From NCBI RefSeq assembly GCF_963921235.1, contig NC_086108.1:27282001-27346000 (forward strand): DNA of 64,000 nt, read 5' to 3'. Within the stretch, counting starts at the first letter, position 1. Every line of letters begins with the position of its first letter. The notes under the pieces were generated by a model. The model did not search any database. It was not told where the DNA came from and was given only the letters and a program-made list of their open reading frames with translations. The position numbers were made by a program, and so were the translations under genes. This document shows positions 1 to 13,099 of the stretch, one piece after another. The stretch is from Mobula hypostoma. Lineage: Eukaryota.

Positions 1-69
1 AAAAACAAAGATCACTTGGCAAAATTGCAAGGATTAATTATCATGTTCCTTTTGTTTTTCTCAGAATAA

Positions 70-589
70 ACGTAAGAATTATCTTCTTGCTGTGTGGTCA
101 TGCAAGCTTTAGCTGGAGGGCTGTTGTTCTAATTATTAATCAATGATCCCATTTTATTGCAGATGATTTTGAATCAAACCCCAGGACTCAGATCATTAAT
201 TCTCCATGTGCAGCTCAGTCCTTCTAACCTGATTGAGTCTTCTTCTGTATCATTCCTGGAGGCTTCATTTGTTGCCATTTTGCTAAGCTAATAGCAAAAT
301 CATTTATTTTTCTGTTTTCTGTCAGAAGAATGTGCAGTTCAGTCTGAGTGAAATGTTACCTTCCTTTTATCAGTTACACCTCCTCAACCTTTACACTCAG
401 AGTTTCAGGAAATCTACAGAGATACAAGGTAGTCTTTTATGACTTAACAACTCAGCTATTTTAATTTTGTCTTTCACAACACTTGAAGAAAATGCAAGGA
501 GGTGGCGGCTCTTTCATCTTCAAAGAGCTGGAATTGGCACAGTAGACCATGTGACTTTGCTGGTTGTCCTACGGCCAGGATGAAGGCCT
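70..589 (-). pseudogene. Exon: ZP-C, unit 3
   Basis: ctcacag|AG; EAFILAVGQPAKSHGLLCQFQLFEDERAATSL (IHP-like FxLFxD) then decayed ZP-C-like text; 3' end approximate. Confidence 0.6.
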
Positions 590-619
590 CTGTGAGGGTC
601 TCACATTTTTTTAGAGTGT

Positions 620-845
620 AGTTAGAGGGTCATTGAGGGAAGCAACATGGAAAAGAGCTTTCAGCCCACAATGTCCCCATGGACCATCAGCACCTATTTG
701 CATGGATCTAATTTTTTATGCTCCCCTCATTCTCATCATATTCCCCTGGATTCTGCAACTCACCCAGGTACTTGGAGCAATTTACAGTGGCAAATTAATC
801 TACCCACCTGCCCATCTTTGGGAAATGGAAGAAATCCTGAGTATC
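620..845 (-). mobile_element. Degraded SINE fragment
   Basis: Shares core sequence with SINE remnants at about 12400-13015 and 51170-51437. Confidence 0.45.
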
Positions 846-847
846 TA

Positions 848-1392
848 AAATCCTCACTATTTCTTATAAATGCACCATAGAAAGCATTCTTCTAGGGTGC
901 ATCACAACCTGGTATGGACGTTGTCCTGTCCAAGACCAGAAGAAGCTGCAGAAGATCGTGAACATGGTACAGCACATCACACAAACCAATCTTCCGTCCT
1001 TGGACTCACTTTACACCGCATGCTGTTGGAACAGTGCTGCCAGGATCAAGGACACCACCCACCCAGCCAACACACTTTTCGTCCCTCTTCCCTCCGGGAG
1101 AAGGCTCAGGAGCTTGAAGACTCGTACGGCCAGATTTGGGAACAGCTTCTTTCCAACTGTGATAAGACTGCTGAACGGATCCTGACCCGGATTTGCGCTG
1201 TACCCTACAAATATCCGGACCTGCCTCTCGGTTTTTTGCACTGCCTTACTTTCCCTTTTCTATTTTCTACTTATGATTTATAATTTAAACTTTTACTATC
1301 TGCTATCAATTTGTACTCCAGGGAGCGCGAAGCACAGTATCAAATAATGCTGAGATGATTGTACGCTCTAGTATCAATTGTCTGGCGACAAT
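848..1392 (+). mobile_element. Rex/Babar-type LINE 3' fragment
   Basis: C-terminal motif DTTHPANTLFVPLPSGRRLRSLKTRTARFGNSFFP plus 3'UTR; same family as 54225-54960. Confidence 0.85.
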
Positions 1393-1939
1393 TATCAATT
1401 GTTTGTCTAGAGGAATGTACAAACACCACACTGACAGCATACAAGGTCAGAATGAACCTGGATCTTTCACACTGTAAGGCAATAGCTCTACCAGCTGTGC
1501 TACTGTTCTGCTCTTATGCCAATTACATTAGATCCTATTACCCCTTTCGTCTAGCACTTTTAATTCTGATACACCTTGGGCTGCCTGCACTCAGCTCCCA
1601 TCAGAAGCACTTGGTATGCTGTGTTCCTAATTTTATTGAGGTTTCTAACATGTCTACTGACCCCATCACTTAGATTTGGAAGAGAAGTTGAAAGACAGGG
1701 AATGCCATGATCCTATTAATATTTGAAATTGATGAGTAGGAAGTGAACAGATAATCCATCAATCCCAGATCACATCATAGCACTGGACCAAGAACATCAA
1801 GACCAACTCCATCTGCAACCCCCTGCCATGGAACATATGTGAGGGGTGAGAAAAGCAAAGCACAAACACATCATCAATTTGAGAAAAAAAATGCACCAGA
1901 ACATTACTCCAATACCTTACATTTGTTAAGTCATGTCAA

Positions 1940-2520
1940 GCTTTCTGTCATGTGTACAAGTTCAGGTGCAATGAAAAAAAACAGTTTGCAGCAGCATCAT
2001 AGGCATGTATGTGCAAACAACACACAGCGTATGCATTAATAAATGTACACAACTTGTACAAGATAGTGAAGAAAAGAACAGACTACAACAAGACCTTGGT
2101 ATAATAAAAGCCAATGGTAGTCCCAGAGGTGGTCCACATTGTTCCATTAGTGAAGTATGGTTAGGATTGTACAAGTTCCTTAAAGAACCTGATGGTTGTA
2201 GAAAAGTAGCCATTCCTGAACCTGGTGGTGTTGGACTTAAGTCTCCTATGTGTCTTGCAATAAGAGGGCATGACCTGAATAGTTGGCATCCTTGATGATA
2301 GATACCACCTTACTGAGGAAGTGCCTTCTGTAGATGCTGTCAATGGTGGGAAGGGCTGTGCCCATGATGGACCAGGCTGTATCCACTATTCTCTGCAACT
2401 TCTTGCCTTGCAATTGTTGGACCATGTCATGGAGCGAGCAGTCAGAATATTTTTAACAGTGACCTGCAGAAGATTGTTAGAGTATTTGGTGACATGCCAA
2501 ATCTCCTGAAGCTTGTGAAA
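1940..2520 (-). mobile_element. Old Rex/Babar-type LINE 3' remnant
   Basis: RRLKSNTTRFRNGYFSTTIRF motif on the minus strand. Confidence 0.6.
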
Positions 2521-4415
2521 ATGGTGACATGTTGGCTACATGAATAGGATTCCAAAGCTCTGGTTAAATGTTCCCACAATACGATCGCACCACATTTCAG
2601 GGGATTTAACCTGTTAATTAATTAATCTGGAAACAAAAGGATAGCAGAAACAGTGATTTTGAAGACTGCATTGTAAAAGCTCTTTTGGTTCATTCATGAT
2701 TATCGCATGGGAAATCCATTGTGTTGATTTGGATTACAACGTGTAACTTCAGGTCAGACACAATCCTGTTTACTTTTAACTGTGGCCTGTAAAACCATTC
2801 AGTTCAAGAGTCGTTAGGGAAAACTACAAATACTGAGCCAGTGACAGCTAAATGTAACTGATAGAAACCAGTCAATGATATCAAATAAACTTTGCTTGGG
2901 AACTCAATTCGTTGACTTCAAGGGAATGAATTTTGGAGCAGAGTACAACATGCTAATATAGTGCGTTCAGTGCTATTCACTGGGGATGGATTTCAAGGTG
3001 CGTGACTGCTTTAGAGTAGAATATGCTTAAGAGCAAATGAGATTTACATTGCAGAAGAAGCTCAAAAGAGCCATCATTCCTTTACTCAATCTTTGATAAC
3101 ATTATCAACAATCTTGTGTTCTCTCCATTACCCTTTATATTCCTTTGAATCATACAACCACAGACAATTTACAAAGCAGAAAGGAGTAATATGTCTCTTG
3201 TGTATGTGTCATTTGAAAGAGAGTTATCTACAGTGGCTAATCCTATGCTCCAGTATTTGCTTGATGGCCCTGTACATTATGGGACATACTTCATGTTGAA
3301 GTATGAGGAGATCTCTCTCTCTCCAGTCCTTTAAGGAAGTAAGTGACACATCCCTCTTCACACGTATCCCAGACCTACTGGGTATCTTCAGCATTTCTGA
3401 CTGATTTGTTTTGGTGATGATTGTTGAAGCATTGGAGCCTCATGGGAAGGATGTGTGAGGATAGACATGTCCATACTGAAGATGATTGCTTGTGGGGAAA
3501 GTGGGGGAGAGGTAACAGAGAAATCGGATGCAAATGGTCAAGTGTCGACCCAGGACGGTGTCCAATCCCTGAATTGGCGACTCATTTTGCTGCAAAGACA
3601 TGCAGTAAATCTTTGATAATTCAAAGTATATTTATAAAATAATTATAATATGCCAGATTATAATCTGACTGTTGGAAGTAATTTCTATTAAAATCACAAC
3701 ACATTTTTAATTGCTTATTTTGGTGCGGGCAGTCTTATAATAAATTTTCTAGTGAACAACTAGAGAGAGCACAGGAACTGTGGCCCACAGGAGTGGAATT
3801 GAAGCATTTTCTCCTGAGCCCAATGCTTGTCCTTTGGGGATCTCTGAAATGCCAGCAGATCATCAGAGTCTTACTGCCTTTGAATCTAATGGGGGCAGAG
3901 TACAATTGAGGTGATGATGGAGGAGTTGAAAAGGCTTAGTTCATGCATGCAAAGACTGTTTTTATTCCGCAATTTTCTATTTGATTTCTCGGCTAAGTAA
4001 TGATTAAAATTATCATATTGTTTCATGGGCAACATTATATATCTAATATGTCAACATAAAACCCATCAGTGAGTGGAGATTTTCAATTTACTTTCCTTTG
4101 TTGGATTTGCAAGGCAGCACAGTGCCTTCATACATTTGGACAACTGGTTGTGTTCAGATAATAATGATGTGATTCTTTTTTAAAATACTGCACAGACTTT
4201 TTCAGAAAGTTATTTTACATCCCACCATGCAGCTATGTGTGAAGAAATAAGAACAGAAGGTTTATCTGTTTAATTTTCATACTGTTTAATTGCTTTCAAC
4301 CTACCTTATACATATACAATCTCACACACACATATTTTAGATACATCCACTCCTTTGACCTTAGCCATACACCTTTGCACAAGGCTAGTATCCTGGAGGT
4401 GACAATTGAAGATAC

Positions 4416-4762
4416 CAACCATAACTAGCAGCTTGTTAGCAAGATACCTAACATTGTTAACAGTACTAAAATGTAAATGTCAATACATGAAACATCTAAG
4501 TGGTAGAAGGAGAGGATTATCTTGATTTGACTGGTCCAGAACAGGGACTAGATTAGGGTAAAGGAATCAGCTTTTGCAAACTACTTTAACTTCTTTGGTG
4601 CTGATGACTTCTGCATGGTACCACCAACAGCCCATTGCCAGTGTTTCACCATGGTATTCTGCAGTAAAACTGAGCTGCTCCTATAAAATGAAAACCCGTT
4701 CTTCACCGCTTACTCCACACAGAACATCAATTTGCTCTTCACCGGGTGATAATCGTAGCAAT
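4416..4762 (-). pseudogene. Exon: ZP-N second half, unit 3
   Basis: cttacctacag|A; one frame ending FLYPNLVPVLDQSNQDNPLLLPLRCFMY* (ZP-N YxNxL...C end); three stops; phase-1 donor gtatct matches next exon. Confidence 0.6.
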
Positions 4763-6876
4763 CTGTAGGTAAGCAGGCGACCTATGAGAAGTATATAAAA
4801 TTACGACAGGCATGGGCAGAACAGCAGTCAGTTTGTTTTGAAGGGTAGAGATGTCACTCAGTATATTACTAGAGTAAATACACCTGAGGCAACCAAGGTA
4901 ATGTTTAAAAGTAATGTGTGGGAAAGACCATTACTATAGAGTACAGGTGCCTGGAACAGGCTGCTAGGGTTTATATGGGAAGCAGATACAACAGTAACAT
5001 TTAAGAGGCTTTTAGCTATGCACATGAATATACTGGGAATTGAGGGGTATGATTCATGTACAGGCAGAAGGGATTTAGTTTAATTTGACATAGTGTTCAG
5101 TGCAGCCATTGTGGACAAAGGGCCTTTTCCCATGCTGTCTGCTCTACAGTATGTTGTACATTAAGCACATTATTGGCAACATGATCCCCAATAGGCCATG
5201 CACATGGAACTCTGTAAGTAACTTCTATATTAATCACATAGCTGGTGTGAGTAACTTGTCCACAAAACAGAACATAGAATCTCTTTTGCATTTGACATTT
5301 CACATTGTCTAGTGATTCTACACCAGGGTCTTCACTCTGTGCTTCTAAAGCAAAAAAAGAAGTAAATTTTCACATTTGGATAATACAACCATTGCTGGTA
5401 GAATATCAGGTGGTGACGAGAGGGTGTACACTAGTGAGATATGCCAACTAGTGGAGTAGTGTCACAGCAACAACCTGGCACTCAACGTCGTTATGACGAA
5501 AGAGCTGATTGTGGACTTCAGTAAGGGTAAGAAGAAGGAACACATGCCAATCCTCATAGAGGATCAGAGATGGAGAGCCTGAGCAGTTTCAAGTTCCTGG
5601 ATGTCAGATCTCTGAGGATCAAACCTGGTCCCAACAAATCAATGTAGTTAAAAAGAAGGCAAGAAACATATGTAGCCCCCTGGTAAGCCTTAGGCTCGCT
5701 CAACTCGCTTTCGTCTAGGGGGAGCAGCCTTCGGCCCTGCCAAACTGGGTAATCAGTTTGTGTGGATGCTGTGTGACGTACCCCACCCCGCCAAATAGCA
5801 TACAATATACCATATGCAATTAAATGATTACACTTTATCGATCTTACTGGAACTATGTCATTAATAGAGATAAAATATAAGGTGCCAAACTTATCAAAGT
5901 TCAACCACTTCGTGCACAACAGTTGGAGCTCAATTAACGGAGTCTTCTTTCCACCATTCGATCCCCTCCGACCTCTCGACCCGCCAACTGGGACCAACCA
6001 TGGTGGTCAACCAGACACTCCACACGAGTCAGTCTTCATCTCCTCTCCTCACCGAAGATCCTGGACCTCAGACTCCTGTTCAGGGTGGGTCCTGTCGCCC
6101 AGCTTACAGCATTGCGTCTCCTCACTCTGTCCCCATCTGCCTTCTGCCCAAAAACCCCGTGAAACAATAGCTCACAGACACGCGAGAAAGAATAACATCT
6201 GTCCCAATTGGTTCGTTCTCTCTCTTATCAATAATATAAACCAAACAAGCAGAGAGAGAGAGAACGCCTTACATCGAGGTGATTATTACAGAAAAGCCAT
6301 TTTAATTATAACATAACAAAGAAGCCATTTTGTTAGCCTTCACAGTAACATAAAAGAAGAAACCCCTTAGACTCTCCACCCACCAAATGTAGTCATGTCC
6401 TCATGACTTCTAAATAACTCGCAAACCAGTCCTGCAGACACAAAAACCCAATCCAGGTACACATGGTGACATTGCTCCCCAAACAGTAGACCTTACACCC
6501 AGTCCCAAGAGCGCTACATAGGCCAACCTATCTGGGAGTTTCCTAATCCTCCAAGACCTCCATACCCCCTCAACTAAACCCTTTAGGCTCGAACACTACT
6601 GGGGATACCACGGGTCTGCTTGCCAACTCCTCTCTCAATCTCTCACTCATGCCCCCACTGCATTTCGGAGCCCCCTGTCCCATGTCCGAGGCCCTGTTTC
6701 TTTTCCTTCAGGGTCCTGCTGTAACCCAGGCTGCCCACAGCTAGCCCTCCCTACTACACCTGACTCAGTGGGAGAAGGGCCAAAAGTCTCTTCCTCAATC
6801 ACGGGGAAGTTAGCGAAAGGCAGCATGTACCACACATCCCGCACATCATCCTCTGAAGCTATATTCTTCCTCATTC

Positions 6877-6998
6877 CCTCGATCAGTAGCTGCTGTTTGA
6901 TTTTCTCCAAACTGAAGCACTTAGGCTGGGCTGCTTCTGCAGCCTCTTCAGCTTCCTGCAGTCGAGACGTCAGCTTCTTCTCTGACTCCTCCAACTCT
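6877..6998 (-). other. Myosin heavy chain tail-like fragment inside the LTR element
   Basis: [40 protein letters not shown] resembles sarcomeric myosin [40 protein letters not shown] (recalled from memory). Confidence 0.8.
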
Positions 6999-7669
6999 CG
7001 CCCCAGACTCAGCAGTTCTGACCCATGCTTCATGTCCATCTCCATCTGGGATGCAATTACCCCACCAGCTTCTTCCAATCTTTTCTGGATCGATTTCTTG
7101 AGTTTCTGCTGATCCTTTCGAAGGCTGGTCATTGTTTCGCCTCTCTGGATTAATTCATCAGTAGGTGACCACAGTTTCGGATTGGAATTATGTTTCCCTA
7201 TCTCCACTTTGATCATCATGAACTCCAATTCTCCAATGGTTGTCTGGGACTCCGGCACTCACCTCACATCATCGTCCCCCAAGGCGAATCCAAACCCTAG
7301 GTGATCATCCACATACGCCAAAACTCCAAACACCTCCACATCCCCCATGGTCCTCCTCATGCCCCGCGGGAAGGTTGCAGGGGCTCTGGATATGCCTTGT
7401 GGCATCTTTACCGATTGGAAGAATCCTAGGGGACCTATAACGGCTGTCTTCTCCTTGTCGGCCTCACTCATCGGGATCTGGCAACATCCATTCCTCAGAT
7501 CCAGCACATTAAACCACGTCGCACCACACAAACAGACCATAGCGTCTTCGGTCCTCAGGACCGTATTCTGTTCAATGACAGTGCGCCTGTCCAGGGTCCT
7601 ATAATCCACAGACACGCTGCCTACATCTTCCACGGCTGCAGGGTCCACTCACCTCGACCTCTCTCTTAC

Positions 7670-7812
7670 CGACACTCACAACACGAAGGGTTGACGAAGG
7701 ATTCCGCCCCGAAACGTCGACCGATCTTTTCCACGGATGCTGCCCGACCTGCTGAGTTCCTCCAGCATGTTGTGAGTGTTGCTTTGACCCCAGCATCTGC
7801 AGATTATTTTGA
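7670..7812 (+). mobile_element. Penelope-like element end inside the Gypsy pol region
   Basis: tgacgaagg...cgaaacgtcgac...gatgctgcccgacctgctg...agcatctgcaga; same motif family as 36861 and 58337. Confidence 0.65.
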
Positions 7813-10667
7813 ATTTAGCTCTCTCACTGAGTTGTCTTCAGCAGTCAACTCCCCTCCCTCGTGGTATTTCGGAGCATCTACTAAGAGCGTCTCACCCTCA
7901 GATACTTCCCCCAGGCCGTACCACAATCAGCTCTCATTTAAATTCGGTACCGGCCCAACGCTGCTACACATGTCCTCACAAGCGGCTTGAAACACCGGGT
8001 GCATAGACAATGCCCCCATGAACTCCAGTGTCACTGACCAATAATCATCTTCTGGATAATCACTGGCACTGGTACACCAAATCTCCAGTGCCCTTAAGGT
8101 TGTCAAGGGTAAATGCTTCAGAAACCAGTTGTAAAACGAACTGTACAACAACTTGACCTGCGCCCTGGTGTCGAGGATGTCTTTAGCATAGCTTCCATCT
8201 ATCCGTAATGACACACGGGGGCGTGGTCCCTCTAAGCCTTCAGGAATAGGGTCTTTTCCTTTCAGAAATTCCTTGATACATTGCTGGGAACGTGCTCCCC
8301 CAGAGACCCCAAGCTGTTCCCCCACTGGGCCTCCACTAAGTTTCCTGATACCTTTCTGATCAGCTGAACAACTGAGGGAGGCGCTGATCCCCTTAAAACA
8401 TCCCCCTGGCACTGCAAGCAATTTAGCTGCCCTCCTAGCCAGAGAAGATACACTGAAAGCTTTTCCCAATCTCCTGACACAGGTATGGAAAGCCCCCCCA
8501 GGAGCTACATTTTACTTCCAGTCGAACCAGATGCATTTTCCCCCACTTTCAGATAACTGGCAGCTGTCACTACAGTTCTAACACCGTCAACAGCCCACCT
8601 TCTCAAACTTTCAACCAATCCCTATCGCTCTCCCTCAACCAAGCACTGAGAGATCCACTCCGCCCACGTCTCGTACGCCTCCGCCCCTTTAGGGGTGGAC
8701 AATATCCCAAAAGCCAGGCGGAGCCTGCCATAGCTGGAACATTTATTCGCAGATACTACCTCCGAATCAGACCACTCTTTCCTCTCTCTCTCAACAGTAT
8801 AGACAGCCCACGGTCCCGCCTCACCCAACACGCATGCAGTAATAACCAGCAATCCCACAGAAACACACATTACCAACCGCAATCCCACAGAGACACAGCA
8901 GCACTGATTTAAACAGGCCAATCACACAGCGCACCACTGAATCCAATTTCTGACACAGCCCCCAATGTAGCCCCTGGTAAGCCTCAGGCTCGCTCAACTC
9001 ACTTTCGTCTAGAGCGAGCAGCCTTCGGCCCTGTCAAACTGGGTAATCAAGTTTGTGTGGATGCTGTGTGATGTACTCCACCCCGCCAAATAACAGACAA
9101 TACACCATATGCGATTAAATGATTACACTTTATCGATCTTACTGGAACTATGTCATTAATAGAGATAAAATATAAAAGGAAAATAAAAGGTGCCAAACTT
9201 ATCAAAGTTCAACCACTTCATTAGGAGTTTTAAGAGAGTCTATAGATGTACTGTGGAAAGCATTCTGACAGGATGCATCACTGTCAGCCTGTCAGAATGC
9301 TCTCCAGTATGGGGAGAGAGGGCACTGCACAGGACCAAAAGAAGCTGCAGAGGGTTGTAAATCTAGTCAGCTCTATCTTGGGTACTAGCCTACAAAGTAC
9401 CCAGGACATCTTCAGGGAGCAGTGTCTCAGAAAGGCAGCATCCATTATTAAGGACCTCCAGCACCCAGGGCATGCCCTTTTCTCACTGCTACCATCAGGT
9501 AGGAGGTACAGAAGCCTGAAGGTACACACTCAGCGATTCAGGAACAGCTTCTTCCCCTCTACCATTCAATTCCTAAATGGACATTGAATCCTTGGACACT
9601 ATCTCCTTTTTTTAATATACAGTATTTCTGAGTTTTGCACGTTTTTTAATCTATTCAATATACGTATACTGTAATTGATTGATTGATTGATTGTTTTTTT
9701 TCGCTTCTACATTATGTATTGCATTGAACTGCTGCTGTTAAGTTAACAAATTGCATGTCACATGCCAGTGATAATAAACCTGATTCTGATTCTGATTCAT
9801 AAGCACCTTCTGCCCTATGAAGTTTATTCACTGTTTCATTGTAGGATATGCAAGAGTACGTAGCAAGATCTTACATTGTGATACAGTTTAGGTAGCATTG
9901 GATGAGGGGTGTTTCAAATGCACTTTGATACCTCACATGGTCTTTTTCAAACCTTGTCTTCCCTCCAGGTGCACCAGGATTTTTGTGAGCACCTGGAGGG
10001 AAGACAAGGTCACCTCTGACAGTGCTGCACATATGTTGCATGAGCTCAGATCATATACACAAGTGTTGGAGGGCATCATCTCAGCTAAGAATGTGGTACA
10101 GTGCTAAGAAAGGCTGGCACTGTAGAGGATTAATCAGGAGAAACATTCTGACAAACTGTCCACAACTTGGTCCAGATCAAACTATTAAACACTTTCCCTC
10201 ATTGTTCTCTTTGAGGAGTGCTGTAGGAAGACTACTAGAGGGTCCACTAAGAAGCCAGGCCGATTATTCATGCACTGTGGAGGCATGAAGTCTGAGACTA
10301 GCTGAGGAAATCCTATATTGAGCATTGTAGGAATCCTCAGAGTTGCAACAAGATTCTATCTGATTCTTCTATATTCAGGCTTCTAAATTCAATTTCTCTT
10401 CACACATTAAGCCTCCTGCGTCCTGAAACCACCATGGAACATCTTGAAAGCATTCCCTCTGTGGAAAGGATACTCTTTTTTAACAGGGTAGACCAAAAAT
10501 GTCTGAAATACTACAAATATGATCACACCAGAGCCCTATATAATTAAAATAAGACATCCTTACACCTGTAGGAAAAAGTTGCAATAAAAACCAACATACC
10601 ATTTACCTTCTGGACTCCTCTTCAATTGTGCTCTATTTCAGAATTCCTATGTGTGTTTGTAGATCAC

Positions 10668-10927
10668 ATTCCAAGCCCCTTTTCCATGGACAAGTAAACT
10701 AGACAGCTTGCTAGGGAAATGAAGACTGTGAGAGAAGAGACAGACATAAGTTGCTTCCATCTTAACCTACAGAGGTAACCAAAATGGTCAGCATCACGCA
10801 GAGTGGATGAGAAGACCAAGGGCTTATCCAACACTTGGACATCAACAGAAATCAAAGGGGGTTGTCAGCAACCAGAACACCAAGCTGTTCTCCCTCAGGA
10901 GTGTCAGTTATACCACACAGGCCCTCA
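10668..10927 (-). pseudogene. Exon: ZP-N first half, unit 3
   Basis: GC*QPPLISVDVQVLDKPLVFSSTLRDADHFGYLC...TVFISLASC; Cys spacing like ZP-N C1-C3; phase-2 end matches next exon. Confidence 0.55.
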
Positions 10928-11989
10928 CTGGTTAGTTTGCAACATTTTAAAGGGAAAGAACTTATGTTTTAAATCACAAGTACTGTTGGAGGGCAGTTTT
11001 AATTTGTTGGAATTAGACCCAGCAGTGATGAAGGATTAAGTCAGGATTTGATGGAATTCTTGTGGGTGGTGGTGATTCCGTAATTTGATGCCTTTTTCTT
11101 TCTCCATAGTCATAGTTATGGATTTGAGACGGGGAATTGGAGTGGCCCGACAAGTAACTGCTGTCGGTAGATGGTTTGCATTGTGTTCACATAGAGGAAA
11201 GAATGAATGATAATTTAGTTGATGGGGGCGGGGGGAAGGTCATGCAGGTTGGCGGTTTTGTTCTGGGTGGAGCAATTGTTTTTGAAATTGTACTTATCTA
11301 GTCTAGTAAAGAGTTTTCCACCTTGCCCTTGACTTATGCCTTAAAGCTGCTGAAAAGGCCTTGGGTGTCAGAGAGTGAGTCACCCGCCACAAAATGTCAG
11401 CTTCTGATCTACTATCGTAACCTGAGTATTTTGTACAACTGTTCTAGTCGGGTTTTTGATCAGTAAAAACCCCCAGGATATTGATAGTGGGTATGGCCAT
11501 TGAATGTCAACAATATGTGATATGACTGCTGTTGAAGATTATCATTGCCTGCCACTTTCATGGCCCGAATATTATTTATCACTTATCAGCCAATACTCCA
11601 TTGTTGCCTGGGCTTTGCTGCATGCAGATGTCAAAAGCTATCAAAAGCTAATTCTTGGTGTATGTAAAACTACAGGCCTACTTATGTGACTGCACCATAA
11701 GCAAGTGAGGTTTTGTATAAATAATAATGGATATTGCATGAATACTGATGAGGCACTGTATGAATAATAATAAGATTTTGTATGAATAATAATAAGTGAT
11801 TGTATGAATAATGATAGTCCCTATGTTCATTCAGTAATGTCGTAAAAGTTATTACCATGAATATAAATAATGTCACATATGTCATGCAAATATCATGATG
11901 GGAACAGAATGACAACTTCTAATCCCATAACTGTTCTCAAATATATTTTAATGCATTTTACATTTAGGGGCAAAACATAATAATCAGTC

Positions 11990-12285
11990 AGTAGATTATG
12001 CAATGGGGAGCATCAATCCCAGTTTTGGACCACAAACCTCTCTGTGAAATGAGCCTACAGCAGATGTATGACTTAAATGTGCACAAACTCTGAAGTAAGG
12101 AGGCAAGAAGGCAAGATGTGACCGAGGAAATAGTTGTGCTTAAAGCAGGTTCACTTCCATTTACTTGGTTTGAGTGCACACCATGCTTTTCCGCTCCTGT
12201 GCAGTCACAAACAGAAAACATACCAAAGTGGAAGAGGGGGGAGATGCTTGCCTGTGGTAGCTTTTTCCTCCCTCCCTTTGAAATT
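11990..12285 (-). pseudogene. Exon: EGF-like remnant(s), unit 3
   Basis: VCDCTGAEKHGVHSNQ resembles an EGF C-x-C...G-x-x-C end; possible donor at 12164; Cys-rich open frame continues. Confidence 0.4.
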
Positions 12286-12399
12286 CTGCTTGGTCACAAA
12301 TGATTGGTTCACCTCCATTAAGCTAACCTCCTCTTTCCAAATGATTAGGCTGGCTACTTGTAGCACCCTTTACATCTAATTATACTTCCTTCCGCAATC

Positions 12400-13015
12400 A
12401 TAGAGCTACCGAGTCACAGGGCCGTGAAATAATCCCTTAAGTCCACTGAATCCGCACCAACCATCAGACACACATTTACATTACTTTTGTATGGTCCAGT
12501 TTTGTTTTATCTGATATTGTCATAACTCAAAAACAGTTACTTTACCCAAACAGTAAGGCTGATCAACACTGGCACTCACAAGCCTATCCCTCCATAACCC
12601 CCACCAGCTCTACTTTTTCGCTTCCTGTCAGCCAAATTACGTACAGACACTCAAGTGCCTCATGTCACTTGTGTATATATGCAAGTGATCATTTATATTT
12701 ATATTTATTCTGTTTCTCTTTTATTATTGTGTTCTTTATCTTGGTGTTATTTTAGAGTTGCATCAGATCTGCAGTAACAATGATTTAATTCTCCTATACA
12801 CTTGTATACTGGAAATGACATTAAGCTATCGTGAGTCTTGAATATGGCGCATGAGGGGAAAATGGACCACTCAGATGTAACTGGAGCAACTGAAGCAAAC
12901 CCAGCAGACCACAAGGAGAATATGCAAACTCCACACAGACAGAACCGAAAGTTAGGATTCAGCCCAGTTCACAAGAACTGTACAACAGGAACTCAACTAG
13001 CAGCAACACCAGCTG
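12400..13015 (-). mobile_element. SINE remnant interrupted by a plus-strand LINE tail (about 12525-12843)
   Basis: SINE core caaactccacacagac; LINE end NSYFTQTVRLIN with gaaatgacattaa...tcttgaa tail. Confidence 0.5.
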
Positions 13016-13099
13016 TATAACTGAACAAGTGGTGTCTGGTAGTATGTTGACTGTTTTCTTATCCCGGCTTGAAAGTGGTTAGCAACTTCCGTTCTTCCT

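Larger units (their letters stand above)
5671..9219 (-). mobile_element. Defective Gypsy LTR retrotransposon: PNMA-like gag, protease, partial RT; no RNase H or integrase seen
   Basis: Direct repeats 5671-6371 (3' LTR) and 8966-9219 (truncated 5' LTR); PPT ggtgggtggagag; PBS starts TGGGGGCT (tRNA-Pro-like); [48 protein letters not shown]. Confidence 0.88.
5405..9797 (+). mobile_element. Rex/Babar-type LINE 3' part (5405-5670 and 9220-9797) split by an LTR element
   Basis: NNLALNV..TKELIVDF before the LTR; HPGHALFSLLPSGRRYRSL after it; (CTGATT)n tail. Confidence 0.85.

Noticed and set aside
6647..7258. A host myosin gene exon
   Set aside because: It lies between LTRs, is fused to pol remnants, and no other myosin exons are present.
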